Of a stretch of 10,397 nucleotides of DNA, positions 1-7,615 are shown piece by piece. The stretch covers positions 1-10,397 of the forward strand of contig JBAXKK010000082.1 in NCBI GenBank assembly GCA_037137395.1, written 5' to 3'. Source of the DNA: Elusimicrobiota bacterium. Its GTDB lineage: Bacteria > Elusimicrobiota > Elusimicrobia > Elusimicrobiales > UBA9959. Position 1 is the stretch's first letter, and every line of letters begins with the position of its first letter. Under the pieces are notes generated by a model that made no database searches, was not told where the DNA came from, and worked only from the letters and a program-made list of their open reading frames with translations. A program made the translations under genes and the position numbers.

Positions 1-1
1 C

Positions 2-454
2 GACCTGCGTCAGCTGCTGGGGTACGATATAGGCGTCGCTGTTACCGGCACAGAGCAGGTTGGCGTTACGCTTATCGTCACCGAGGGGTTCGGAATGATA
101 CCCATGGCCGAGTACACTTTCAAGCTCCTCTCTTCCAGAAACGGAGAAAGAGCGTCCGTTTCCGGCGCCACTCAGATACGGGCCGGAGTCATGAGGCCGG
201 AGATACTTGTGCCCGGCTATCCGAAGAATGTGACAATTTGTAAGAAGGAACAGGGCCGCGGCTGGATAGAGCCCGGAGACCCGGTGCGCATTATCCGCGA
301 GCCGCATTTCGGCGTTATCGGTGTAGTTAAGTCTTTGCCGCCGGAACTGACAAAAGTCGGCAGCGAATCTCATGTGCGCGTGCTGGAAGTTGACCTCCCG
401 GGCGGAGAGACGCTGGTTATACCACGGGCTAATATTGAAGTGCTGGAGAAGTAA
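2..454 (+). CDS. Conserved hypothetical protein, 5'-partial, with C-terminal KOW/SH3-like segment
   Basis: The frame is open from base 2 (DLRQLLGYDIGVAVTGTEQVGVTLIVTEGFG-MIPMAEYTF...), so the ATG at 95 is internal. It ends at TAA 452-454. The C-terminal 'IEPGDPVRIIREPHFGVIGVV' resembles a KOW motif. LGYDIGVAxTG, TEGFG, GATQIRAGVxRPE and PRANIE look like blocks of a family I recall from anaerobes and candidate phyla. Function unknown. Confidence 0.85.
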   Translation, partial: DLRQLLGYDIGVAVTGTEQVGVTLIVTEGFGMIPMAEYTFKLLSSRNGERASVSGATQIRAGVMRPEILVPGYPKNVTICKKEQGRGWIEPGDPVRIIREPHFGVIGVVKSLPPELTKVGSESHVRVLEVDLPGGETLVIPRANIEVLEK

Positions 455-478
455 TCGGGCTGCCCCAGTAAACTTAAT

Positions 479-2791
479 ATGTCAAAAAAGAATAAGCTCA
501 GGAGGCAGGAAACAGCGAACACTTCCGGTTCCGGAACGGGTTTTTCTTCATCCGGAATTTTCAGGTTCCCTCCGCTGGCATTCTTTGTCGTTCTCCTGGC
601 CTGGTTCGGCCTTGTCTATAAGAATTATCTGCCGTCTCATCCTGCAGTCGGTTCCATGCTTACGTCAGGGATTTTCGGTTTTAACTTCACGTCCGCGCTT
701 GCCGGTTTTATAGGCGTCCTTCCGGGTAACGCGTTAAGTTTATTGTTCCTTTCGATGGTGCTTATTTTGTCGTATGGCCTTGGCAGAGGTCTGCTGTCCC
801 TTTTCGGCGTCACCATTGCGCCTGTGCAGCGCGGCATTTTCGCTGTCGGGCTCGGTTTTGCGGCCATAGCATATTTAATGCTTTTTCTGGGCGCCGTGGG
901 CGCGTTGCACAAACACCTCATCTATACGGTTTTCTTTATCGGTTGTGCTGTGTCCGCATTCAAGATTAAAATATGGACGTTTAGGGCAGGGGCGCTGAAA
1001 TCCGGGATTGATGAGATATCGCAGCTCGGGGCCGCGTGGAAGTTCATGGCTGTGCTGGGCGTCCTGTTTTTGTTTCTGAACATTGTTATGGCGTTCACTC
1101 CGGAAGTGTTTTATGATTCGTTGGTTTACCATCTGGCTGCCCCGGGGTATTATCTGCAGCAGCACCAGATCTTGCCCATGCGGTTCCTAAGCCACTCGAA
1201 TTTCCCGCTTAACTTGTCCATGATTTACATGCTGGCCCTGTCCCTGAATAATGAGATGTTGGCGAAAATGATTCACTGCTTCATGGGTTTGCTGACTGTG
1301 TCGCTGATATATTTTTCTACCAAAAGATTGTATAACGTGAAAACCGCCGTCTTTTCGGCCCTAATTTTTTGCTCAACGCCCATATTCGCAATGAATTCCT
1401 GGACCTGCGGTAATGACGTAGGAGTAACTTTTTTTTTCGCGCTGGCGTTCGTGGCTTATCTGGACTGGTTAAAGACCGGCGAGGCAGGACATTTCGCCCT
1501 GTTCTCGGTCTTCACGGGAATCTCAGCTGGAATGAAGTATACCGCTGCTTTCTGGGTAACTGGTCTGGCCATATCCCTGGCGATTTATCTTTGGCGCAAT
1601 CATAGGCCCGTAACTGCCGCGAAAAAGCTTGTTCTGTATTTCTCAACCGTATTCCTGCTCACCCTGCCCTGGCTTATCAAGAACTACGTGTTCACGCTCA
1701 ATCCCGTTCAGCCGTTTTTTCATACGATTTTTGGCGGAGAAAACCTGAAAATTGTAGGTGGTGGCGGCGGAAACATCATCAATTCCCCGTTAAATGTATT
1801 CCGCTTTAAGTTTGCTGATTTTCTGGCTTCTCCCTGGACATTGACTATGAACGGCGGCGATTCTTTAACCTATCTGGGTCCGGTTTTCCTGCTGTTGCTG
1901 CCCTGCCTGCTGCTATTCAGAAAAATGGACAGGCTGATTAAACACTCTCTTGTTGTGTTTTGCGCCGGGTACGCTGTCTGGTATCTTGGCACTCCCGCTT
2001 ACAGATATATGCTGCCGCTTTTTGTGGCGCTGTCTGTTTGTCTGGGTTGGGCCGCTTATTTTGTTTCGGAGCGGTTTAAATTATTTAAGTTTTTGGTCCT
2101 GACAATTCTTTCCGTAAATTTTATAGGTGTGTTTGCGATGGGGATAGGTATGGGGCTTGACGGATTCTTCGCCAAAGGCGCAACAAAGGAAGAATTCATG
2201 TCAGTATCCCAGCCATCATACCCGAACCCGCCGTACGCGGCCATACAATGGATCAACAAGAGCCTGCCGCCGGAAGCGAAAGTGTTTTTTATAGGCGAAA
2301 GCCGGCCCTTTTATATGCAACGTGACTTTTTGTCGTATTCTATAGAAAACAACATGCAGCCGCTGATGGCATACCTGAGGAAAGCTAAAGACTCCGACGA
2401 TCTTTACGCTATACTGCGCGGTGAGAAGTTTACTCATCTGCTGATAAATTACAGAGAAGCCTTGCGCAATAATGCTTCCTACAGGGAATTCGACTGGACT
2501 AAAACGGAACGTGAAATATTCGACGGTTTTTGGAAGAAGCATATAAAACAGGAGTATTTCAGGGAAGGGGTTTATGTCTATAGTGTCCTTCCGGATAATG
2601 GAAAAAACAATATTCCCAACATACTGGAGGGGTTGGAGAATGCTGGCTGGAAAAATGAAAATCTGCTGAGAATCTTCACGGAGAACAAAATGTGGGCGAG
2701 TTGCCTGGAAGAGTACGAATTATACGCGCGCTATGGCTACGACGTGAGAAAACAAACCGAGTATTATAGCGCGCTTCTGGCAAAGCAATGA
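479..2791 (+). CDS. Polytopic membrane protein, GT-C superfamily glycosyltransferase (ArnT/PMT-like, GT39/GT83-like)
   Basis: 770-aa ORF with a basic N-terminus (MSKKNKLRR) and many hydrophobic segments up to about residue 560, then a soluble C-terminal domain. It has the acidic loop motif PEVFYDSLVYHL (nt 1100-1135) plus GNDVG, GMKYT, PWLIKNY...NPVQP and RYMLP motifs typical of bacterial GT-C-like proteins. Confidence 0.75.
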   Translation: MSKKNKLRRQETANTSGSGTGFSSSGIFRFPPLAFFVVLLAWFGLVYKNYLPSHPAVGSMLTSGIFGFNFTSALAGFIGVLPGNALSLLFLSMVLILSYGLGRGLLSLFGVTIAPVQRGIFAVGLGFAAIAYLMLFLGAVGALHKHLIYTVFFIGCAVSAFKIKIWTFRAGALKSGIDEISQLGAAWKFMAVLGVLFLFLNIVMAFTPEVFYDSLVYHLAAPGYYLQQHQILPMRFLSHSNFPLNLSMIYMLALSLNNEMLAKMIHCFMGLLTVSLIYFSTKRLYNVKTAVFSALIFCSTPIFAMNSWTCGNDVGVTFFFALAFVAYLDWLKTGEAGHFALFSVFTGISAGMKYTAAFWVTGLAISLAIYLWRNHRPVTAAKKLVLYFSTVFLLTLPWLIKNYVFTLNPVQPFFHTIFGGENLKIVGGGGGNIINSPLNVFRFKFADFLASPWTLTMNGGDSLTYLGPVFLLLLPCLLLFRKMDRLIKHSLVVFCAGYAVWYLGTPAYRYMLPLFVALSVCLGWAAYFVSERFKLFKFLVLTILSVNFIGVFAMGIGMGLDGFFAKGATKEEFMSVSQPSYPNPPYAAIQWINKSLPPEAKVFFIGESRPFYMQRDFLSYSIENNMQPLMAYLRKAKDSDDLYAILRGEKFTHLLINYREALRNNASYREFDWTKTEREIFDGFWKKHIKQEYFREGVYVYSVLPDNGKNNIPNILEGLENAGWKNENLLRIFTENKMWASCLEEYELYARYGYDVRKQTEYYSALLAKQ

Positions 2792-2796
2792 TGAGC

Positions 2797-2802
2797 GGGG
2801 AG
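2797..2802 (+). promoter_or_regulatory. Shine-Dalgarno-like site for the first SDR gene
   Basis: GGGGAG lies 4 nt upstream of the ATG at 2807. Confidence 0.55.
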
Positions 2803-2806
2803 AAAT

Positions 2807-3874
2807 ATGGCTTTAGACAAATGCAAGATACTTATTACGGGCTCCGGCGGTCTGATAGGCAGTGAAGTTGTTTCCTATTTTGCCGACCGGGGGCATGAAT
2901 TGCACGGCATAGATAATAATATGCGGGCGGATTTCTTCGGCCCCGGCGGAGATACCGGCTGGCGGCAGCGCGAGCTTAGCGCAAAATATCGCAACTACAC
3001 GCATTACTCCATAGATATCCGCGACAGGGCGGCGGTGCTGCAGTGCCTTGAGGCGCTGAAGCCTGACGCGGTGGTTCACGCCGCCGCTCAGCCGAGCCAT
3101 GATCTGGCGGCCTCGCGCCCTTTCGACGATTTCGACGTGAACGCCGTGGGCACGATAAACCTTCTTGAGGCCGTGCGCAGACACGCTCCCGGCGCGGCTT
3201 TTGTGTACACTTCAACGAATAAGGTTTACGGCGACGCGCCCAACCGGATCAAGCTTGTGGAACTTGAGAAAAGATGGGATTACGACGACGAAAAGTTCAA
3301 GGAAGGAATACCGGAAGATTTCTCCATCGACCAGTCCAAGCACTCCATCTTCGGCGCCTCCAAGGCTGCCGCCGATATCATGGTCCAGGAATACGGCAGA
3401 TATTTTTCCATGAACACCTGCTGTCTCCGGGGAGGCTGTCTTACGGGGCCGAACCATTCCGGAGTGGAGCTGCACGGTTTTCTAAGTTATCTGGTAAAGG
3501 CGAATCTGGAAGGCCGCGTCTACAAGATTTACGGATACAAAGGTAAGCAGGTCCGCGACAATATTCATTCTTTGGATGTGGCCAGGCTTATCGAGCTTTT
3601 TATTGCCGCTCCCAGAATGGCCGAAGTATATAATCTGGGTGGCGGCCGCGGAAATTCCTGCTCCATTCTTGAGGCTTTTGAAATGACGGAGCAAATTACC
3701 GGGAAAAAAATGAAGTACGAGTATGTGGATAAGAACCGGGAAGGCGACCATATCTGCTACTTGTCCGATCTTCGCAAGATCAAAGCGCATTATCCCGGCT
3801 GGGATATCACTGTCCCTCTGCCCAGGATCTTCAGCGAAATAGCGGAAGGATGGAAAAAGAGAGGCCTGCAATAA
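2807..3874 (+). CDS. NAD-dependent epimerase/dehydratase, RfbE (CDP-paratose 2-epimerase)-like extended SDR, FxxxK variant
   Basis: 355 aa. Rossmann motif [11 protein letters not shown], then [32 protein letters not shown] and REGDH motifs typical of RfbE-like SDRs. The active-site motif reads HSIFGASK (nt 3341-3364). Confidence 0.88.
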   Translation: MALDKCKILITGSGGLIGSEVVSYFADRGHELHGIDNNMRADFFGPGGDTGWRQRELSAKYRNYTHYSIDIRDRAAVLQCLEALKPDAVVHAAAQPSHDLAASRPFDDFDVNAVGTINLLEAVRRHAPGAAFVYTSTNKVYGDAPNRIKLVELEKRWDYDDEKFKEGIPEDFSIDQSKHSIFGASKAAADIMVQEYGRYFSMNTCCLRGGCLTGPNHSGVELHGFLSYLVKANLEGRVYKIYGYKGKQVRDNIHSLDVARLIELFIAAPRMAEVYNLGGGRGNSCSILEAFEMTEQITGKKMKYEYVDKNREGDHICYLSDLRKIKAHYPGWDITVPLPRIFSEIAEGWKKRGLQ

Positions 3875-4950
3875 TGAAAGTGCTTATAACCGGAATATGT
3901 GGTTATGTCGGAAGCAGGGTCGCCGCCAGACTTTTTGAATCAATCTCCGGTCTGGAGGTTTACGGGGTTGATAATTTGTCCAGGCGCGGCTCGGAAACTA
4001 ATCTCCCCCTTCTCGCGCGGCTGGGCGCGAAAGTGATTCATGGCGATGTCAGGCTTCAGGATGATATCATGGGACTTCCTGAAGCCGACTGGGTTATAGA
4101 CTGCGCGGCCAATCCCTCGGTTCTGGCGGGCATAGGCTCGAAAGGTGGCGGCGTTAACTCCGCCCAGCTTGTCGGCAGCAATTTAACAGGCACGCTGCAT
4201 CTGCTTGAGTACTGCAAAAAATATAAAAGCGGTCTGATTCTTTTAAGCACCAGCAGGGTTTATTCCACTAAGGCCCTGAATTCTTTGAAGCTTTCCGAAA
4301 CGGCCACGCGTTTCGAGCCGGCAGCGGACGCGTCCAGTGAGGGCTTTTCTAAGTATGGCGTTTCTGAGAAGTTCTCAACCGAACCCCCGCTGTCGCTTTA
4401 CGGAGCGACCAAACTATCTTCCGAAATAATGGCGCTTGAGTACGCGGAAGCTTTTAGTTTTCCCTTATGGATAAACAGGTCCGGCGTCATCGGTGGTCCC
4501 GGGCAGTTCGGGAAAGCTGACCAGGGTATTTTTTCGTACTGGGCTTGCTCACGCGCTTTGAATAAACCTCTCAAATTTATCGGTTTTGGCGGTAAAGGTA
4601 AACAGGTGCGGGATTGCGTCGCTGCCGGGGATGTCGCCGATTTACTGCTCAAGCAGATGAAGTATCCCGGGAAAAAGGCCCCGAAAATTATAAACATAGG
4701 CGGCGGCAGCGCCAGCGCAATGTCCCTGCGTGAACTTGACGATTATTGCCGTGATTTTTTCAGTATAAAATCTCTTCCCTTAAGCGTGTCCGCGGACCGA
4801 CCCTACGATGTCCCGTATTATGTCAGCGACGCGAGGCTGGCAGAAAAACACTGGGGCTGGAAACCGTCTTGTACGCGCGCAGAGATGCTGCTTGAAATTT
4901 GCCGGTGGGCTGAGGCCAATAGGGATCTTATCAGGACCTGGTGGCAATGA
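3874..4950 (+). CDS. NAD-dependent epimerase/dehydratase, second RfbE-like extended SDR
   Basis: Start re-called to ATG 3874 ([13 protein letters not shown]), which overlaps the upstream TAA (TAATG) and has GAGAGG at 3859-3864. 358 aa. Motifs: GxxGxxG, DNLSRRGS, STSRVY, canonical YGATK (nt 4399-4413), GPGQFGKADQG, GKQVRD. Confidence 0.88.
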   Translation: MKVLITGICGYVGSRVAARLFESISGLEVYGVDNLSRRGSETNLPLLARLGAKVIHGDVRLQDDIMGLPEADWVIDCAANPSVLAGIGSKGGGVNSAQLVGSNLTGTLHLLEYCKKYKSGLILLSTSRVYSTKALNSLKLSETATRFEPAADASSEGFSKYGVSEKFSTEPPLSLYGATKLSSEIMALEYAEAFSFPLWINRSGVIGGPGQFGKADQGIFSYWACSRALNKPLKFIGFGGKGKQVRDCVAAGDVADLLLKQMKYPGKKAPKIINIGGGSASAMSLRELDDYCRDFFSIKSLPLSVSADRPYDVPYYVSDARLAEKHWGWKPSCTRAEMLLEICRWAEANRDLIRTWWQ

Positions 4951-6473
4951 AGATTTTCCTGTTCAATCCGCTCTACATTTTCCCCCTCGAGGGGCAGTTC
5001 GAGAAGTATTATATACGCTCCGGTTCCCGCTGGCCGCATTCGGGGATAAAACGCAAAGGGGCCCTTCCGCACTATCTGCCGTTTCCTTTTTTCCTTGCAT
5101 ATGCCGCCGCCTGCCTGAAAAAAGAAGGCTTTAATGTTGTTACCTGTGATTGTGTGGCCATGGATATGTCTCTGGAAGCGCTGCTCTCCCGGGTTGAGCA
5201 GGAAAAACCTGATATTGTTTTTTTTGAAACAGCCACCTCGACAATAAATTTCGACCTGGAGCTGGCCGGCCGTATAAAGCGGCACTCTGGCAGCGCACGC
5301 GTGATAATGGGCGGGCCCCACAGTAGCGTTTACCCCGAAGAGATACTTGCTTCCAGAGAGGCAGTGGATTTTGTGGTAATCGGAGAATACGAAGAATCTC
5401 TTACGGAACTGGCCGTGGCGCTGCGGGATTCTTTGCCGGTTTCAGCAGTCAGTGGTATCGCATATCGCGCGGAGGACGGCGTAAAATTATCCGGTCCCAG
5501 AGGCCTGATAGATCCGCTGGACAAGCTGCCTCCACCAGCACATGATATGTTCCCGGCTTCATGGCTGCCGGACCCCGGTATTTATTGGGACGGCTTTTGC
5601 CAGCACAGGCCGGCCCTTCAGATGCACGCGTCAAGGGGCTGTCCCTATAAATGCGATTTCTGCCTCTGGAACCAAGTCATGTATTCCAATGGGAAGTACA
5701 GGATGTTTTCGGCCGGACGCATTGTCGATGAAATGGAGAGACTAAAGAAAAGCTATGGGGCCAGAGAAATTTATTTCGATGATGACGATTTTACCATCAA
5801 AGCCGCCCAGGTCGGAGCTATAGCGGACGAAATTTCCGCCCGTGGACTGAAGATAAAATGGTCCTGCATGGGCGACGCGATCAATCTCAGCCGCGAGCTG
5901 GTTGAAAAAATGGCCGCCAGCGGCTGCGTGGGAATTAAGTTCGGGGTGGAAAGCGGCAGCCCGCGTGTGCTAAAAAGCTTAGGCAAGCCGCTTGACCTGG
6001 ATAAAGCCAGAGAGGTTGTGGACTGGTGCGGGGCCAGCAGGATCAGGACCCATGCCACCTTCTCACTCGGCCTGCCCGACGACGATATGGCCAGCCTGAA
6101 GGAGACGCTTGCATTCCTGGAGGGGTTTAACGCGGATAGCATACAGGTCAGCATCTGCACCCCGTTCCCGGGCACGCGTTTTTTCAGGAGAGCGGAAAAA
6201 GAGAAGCTTCTGAAGACTAAGGATTGGGAGAAATACGATGGTAAAGCCAGCGACGTGCTGGAACACCCGAGCGTGGACCTGGGAACAGTAGAGCGCCTGC
6301 GCGCCCGGGCCATCAGGCGCTGGCTGTTAAGGCGGGCACTCTCGCCTGCATGGGTCGCCAAGCAGGTGTATTATTTTTTCAGGCTTCTGCGCGGTCTCGG
6401 GCCAGCCTTCATCTTCAGCCAGCTGCGCAGCGTTATAGAGGAGGAGCTTTTTATAGCGAAGCGGAAACCATGA
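4947..6473 (+). CDS. B12-binding domain radical SAM protein (HpnJ/BchE-like architecture), paralogue 1
   Basis: Start re-called to ATG 4947 (ATGA overlap with the upstream stop, AGGA upstream). 508 aa. N-terminal B12-binding Rossmann region (MGGPHSS...VVIGEYE), SRGCPYKCDFC (CxxxCxxC, nt 5640-5663), YFDDDDF, FGVESGS and TPFPGT. Confidence 0.9.
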   Translation: MKIFLFNPLYIFPLEGQFEKYYIRSGSRWPHSGIKRKGALPHYLPFPFFLAYAAACLKKEGFNVVTCDCVAMDMSLEALLSRVEQEKPDIVFFETATSTINFDLELAGRIKRHSGSARVIMGGPHSSVYPEEILASREAVDFVVIGEYEESLTELAVALRDSLPVSAVSGIAYRAEDGVKLSGPRGLIDPLDKLPPPAHDMFPASWLPDPGIYWDGFCQHRPALQMHASRGCPYKCDFCLWNQVMYSNGKYRMFSAGRIVDEMERLKKSYGAREIYFDDDDFTIKAAQVGAIADEISARGLKIKWSCMGDAINLSRELVEKMAASGCVGIKFGVESGSPRVLKSLGKPLDLDKAREVVDWCGASRIRTHATFSLGLPDDDMASLKETLAFLEGFNADSIQVSICTPFPGTRFFRRAEKEKLLKTKDWEKYDGKASDVLEHPSVDLGTVERLRARAIRRWLLRRALSPAWVAKQVYYFFRLLRGLGPAFIFSQLRSVIEEELFIAKRKP

Positions 6474-7615
6474 AAATAATCGTTTCAACGCATGATTCAT
6501 TGAGTCCGATAAGAGGCGGAGGGGCCCTGCGTACTCTGAAATGTGCGGAAGAATTTAAAAAACTGGGACATGACGTAACCCTTATTGCGCCCACCGACGG
6601 CATCGGTGAGGTTAGCGGTATTCCGGTGCACTGGCTGCATGCTCCCCGTAAACAGCGCTCCCAGATACTATCCTCGCTTAAATTTAACGTGCGCCTGCTC
6701 AGGAAGTTTATGCAGATGGCTGACACCACAGATATGTTTTTTGTGCATAATACCGTGGCCGCGGCCACGATTCCGTTCCTGAGGCTCTTTTATAAGTTTA
6801 GGTTCGTTCTGGACGTAACGGATGTTCACGCCGAGTACCTTGCCGCCGCTCGGCGCAATCCGTTAGAGAGGTTGCTTACCCCCCTGATCCTTGCTATAGA
6901 ATATTGGATTATAGGCAGCGCGGATCATGTTATAGTTGTGACCAGAGCGATGAAAGACCTTCTTGTCAAGAACGCCATAAACGCGGACAAGATAATTGTC
7001 ATTTATGACGCGGCCGAGATAGAGAAGATAGAGACGGGGAAGGACGCAGGCAGTGAAAATGCCGTCATACATCTGGGCTCGGTTGACCGGCAGCACGGAG
7101 TGGAACTTTTTATTTCGGCCATTCCGCTGGTGGCGGCGGCGCGGCCTGAGGCGAGGTTTTATATAGTCGGCGGAGGCCGCGAACTTCCGAATGTGATAAA
7201 GCTCGCGGAAAAACTCGGGGTGAGCGGCTTATGCGTCTTTACCGGCACGCTTCCCTGCGACGAGGCGCGGCGCTACATGCGCAAGGCAGCTATCGGAGTG
7301 ATTCCGAGACAGGACGAGCTTCCCAACCGCATAGTGACCACTCTTAAGATCTACGAATACTGGGCTGCTGAAACGGCCGTCGTGGCCTCGCGGCTTGAGG
7401 GTATAGCCGAGATAGCCGAAGACGGCCGAGATATATTATTCTTTCGCGCTGGTTCAGCTACCGACCTCGCGGAAAAAATTGTAAAACTCCTTGGTGACAG
7501 AGGCTTGACAGAATCGCTGGCACGGCAGGGCGCTGTGACAGTAACAAAACACACCTGGAGCAATACCGTCCCCAAAATAGCGGACTTTGCCCTGAGCCCG
7601 GGTACGGATAAATGA
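6470..7615 (+). CDS. Glycosyltransferase family 4 (GT-B, retaining)
   Basis: Start re-called to ATG 6470 (ATGA overlap, MKIIVSTHD...). 381 aa. GGGALRT N-terminal loop, GHDVTLI, ADHVIVVT, HLGSV..QHG, IVGGG and TLKIYEYWAAETAVVAS...GIAE match the Glycos_transf_1-type C-terminal domain. Confidence 0.88.
   Translation: MKIIVSTHDSLSPIRGGGALRTLKCAEEFKKLGHDVTLIAPTDGIGEVSGIPVHWLHAPRKQRSQILSSLKFNVRLLRKFMQMADTTDMFFVHNTVAAATIPFLRLFYKFRFVLDVTDVHAEYLAAARRNPLERLLTPLILAIEYWIIGSADHVIVVTRAMKDLLVKNAINADKIIVIYDAAEIEKIETGKDAGSENAVIHLGSVDRQHGVELFISAIPLVAAARPEARFYIVGGGRELPNVIKLAEKLGVSGLCVFTGTLPCDEARRYMRKAAIGVIPRQDELPNRIVTTLKIYEYWAAETAVVASRLEGIAEIAEDGRDILFFRAGSATDLAEKIVKLLGDRGLTESLARQGAVTVTKHTWSNTVPKIADFALSPGTDK

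Noticed and set aside
455..478. GGGCTGCCC mini-hairpin as an intrinsic terminator
   Set aside because: The stem is only 3-4 bp and there is no U-tract.
522..560. Repeated TCCGG/TTCCGGAA palindromes near the GT-C 5' end
   Set aside because: They are explained by repeated Ser-Gly codons (TSGSGTGFSSSG) and are too short to support an operator call.
1429..1437. T9 tract in the GT-C gene (also T8 at 5218-5225) as a phase-variation site
   Set aside because: Both tracts are short, in frame and explained by Phe/Val codons. There is no evidence of length variation.
2807..4950. Calling a CDP-tyvelose/paratose O-antigen pathway and assigning the symbol rfbE
   Set aside because: No rfbF, rfbG, rfbH or rfbS homologues are in the window and SDR1 lacks the catalytic Tyr. 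Family resemblance does not establish the substrate.
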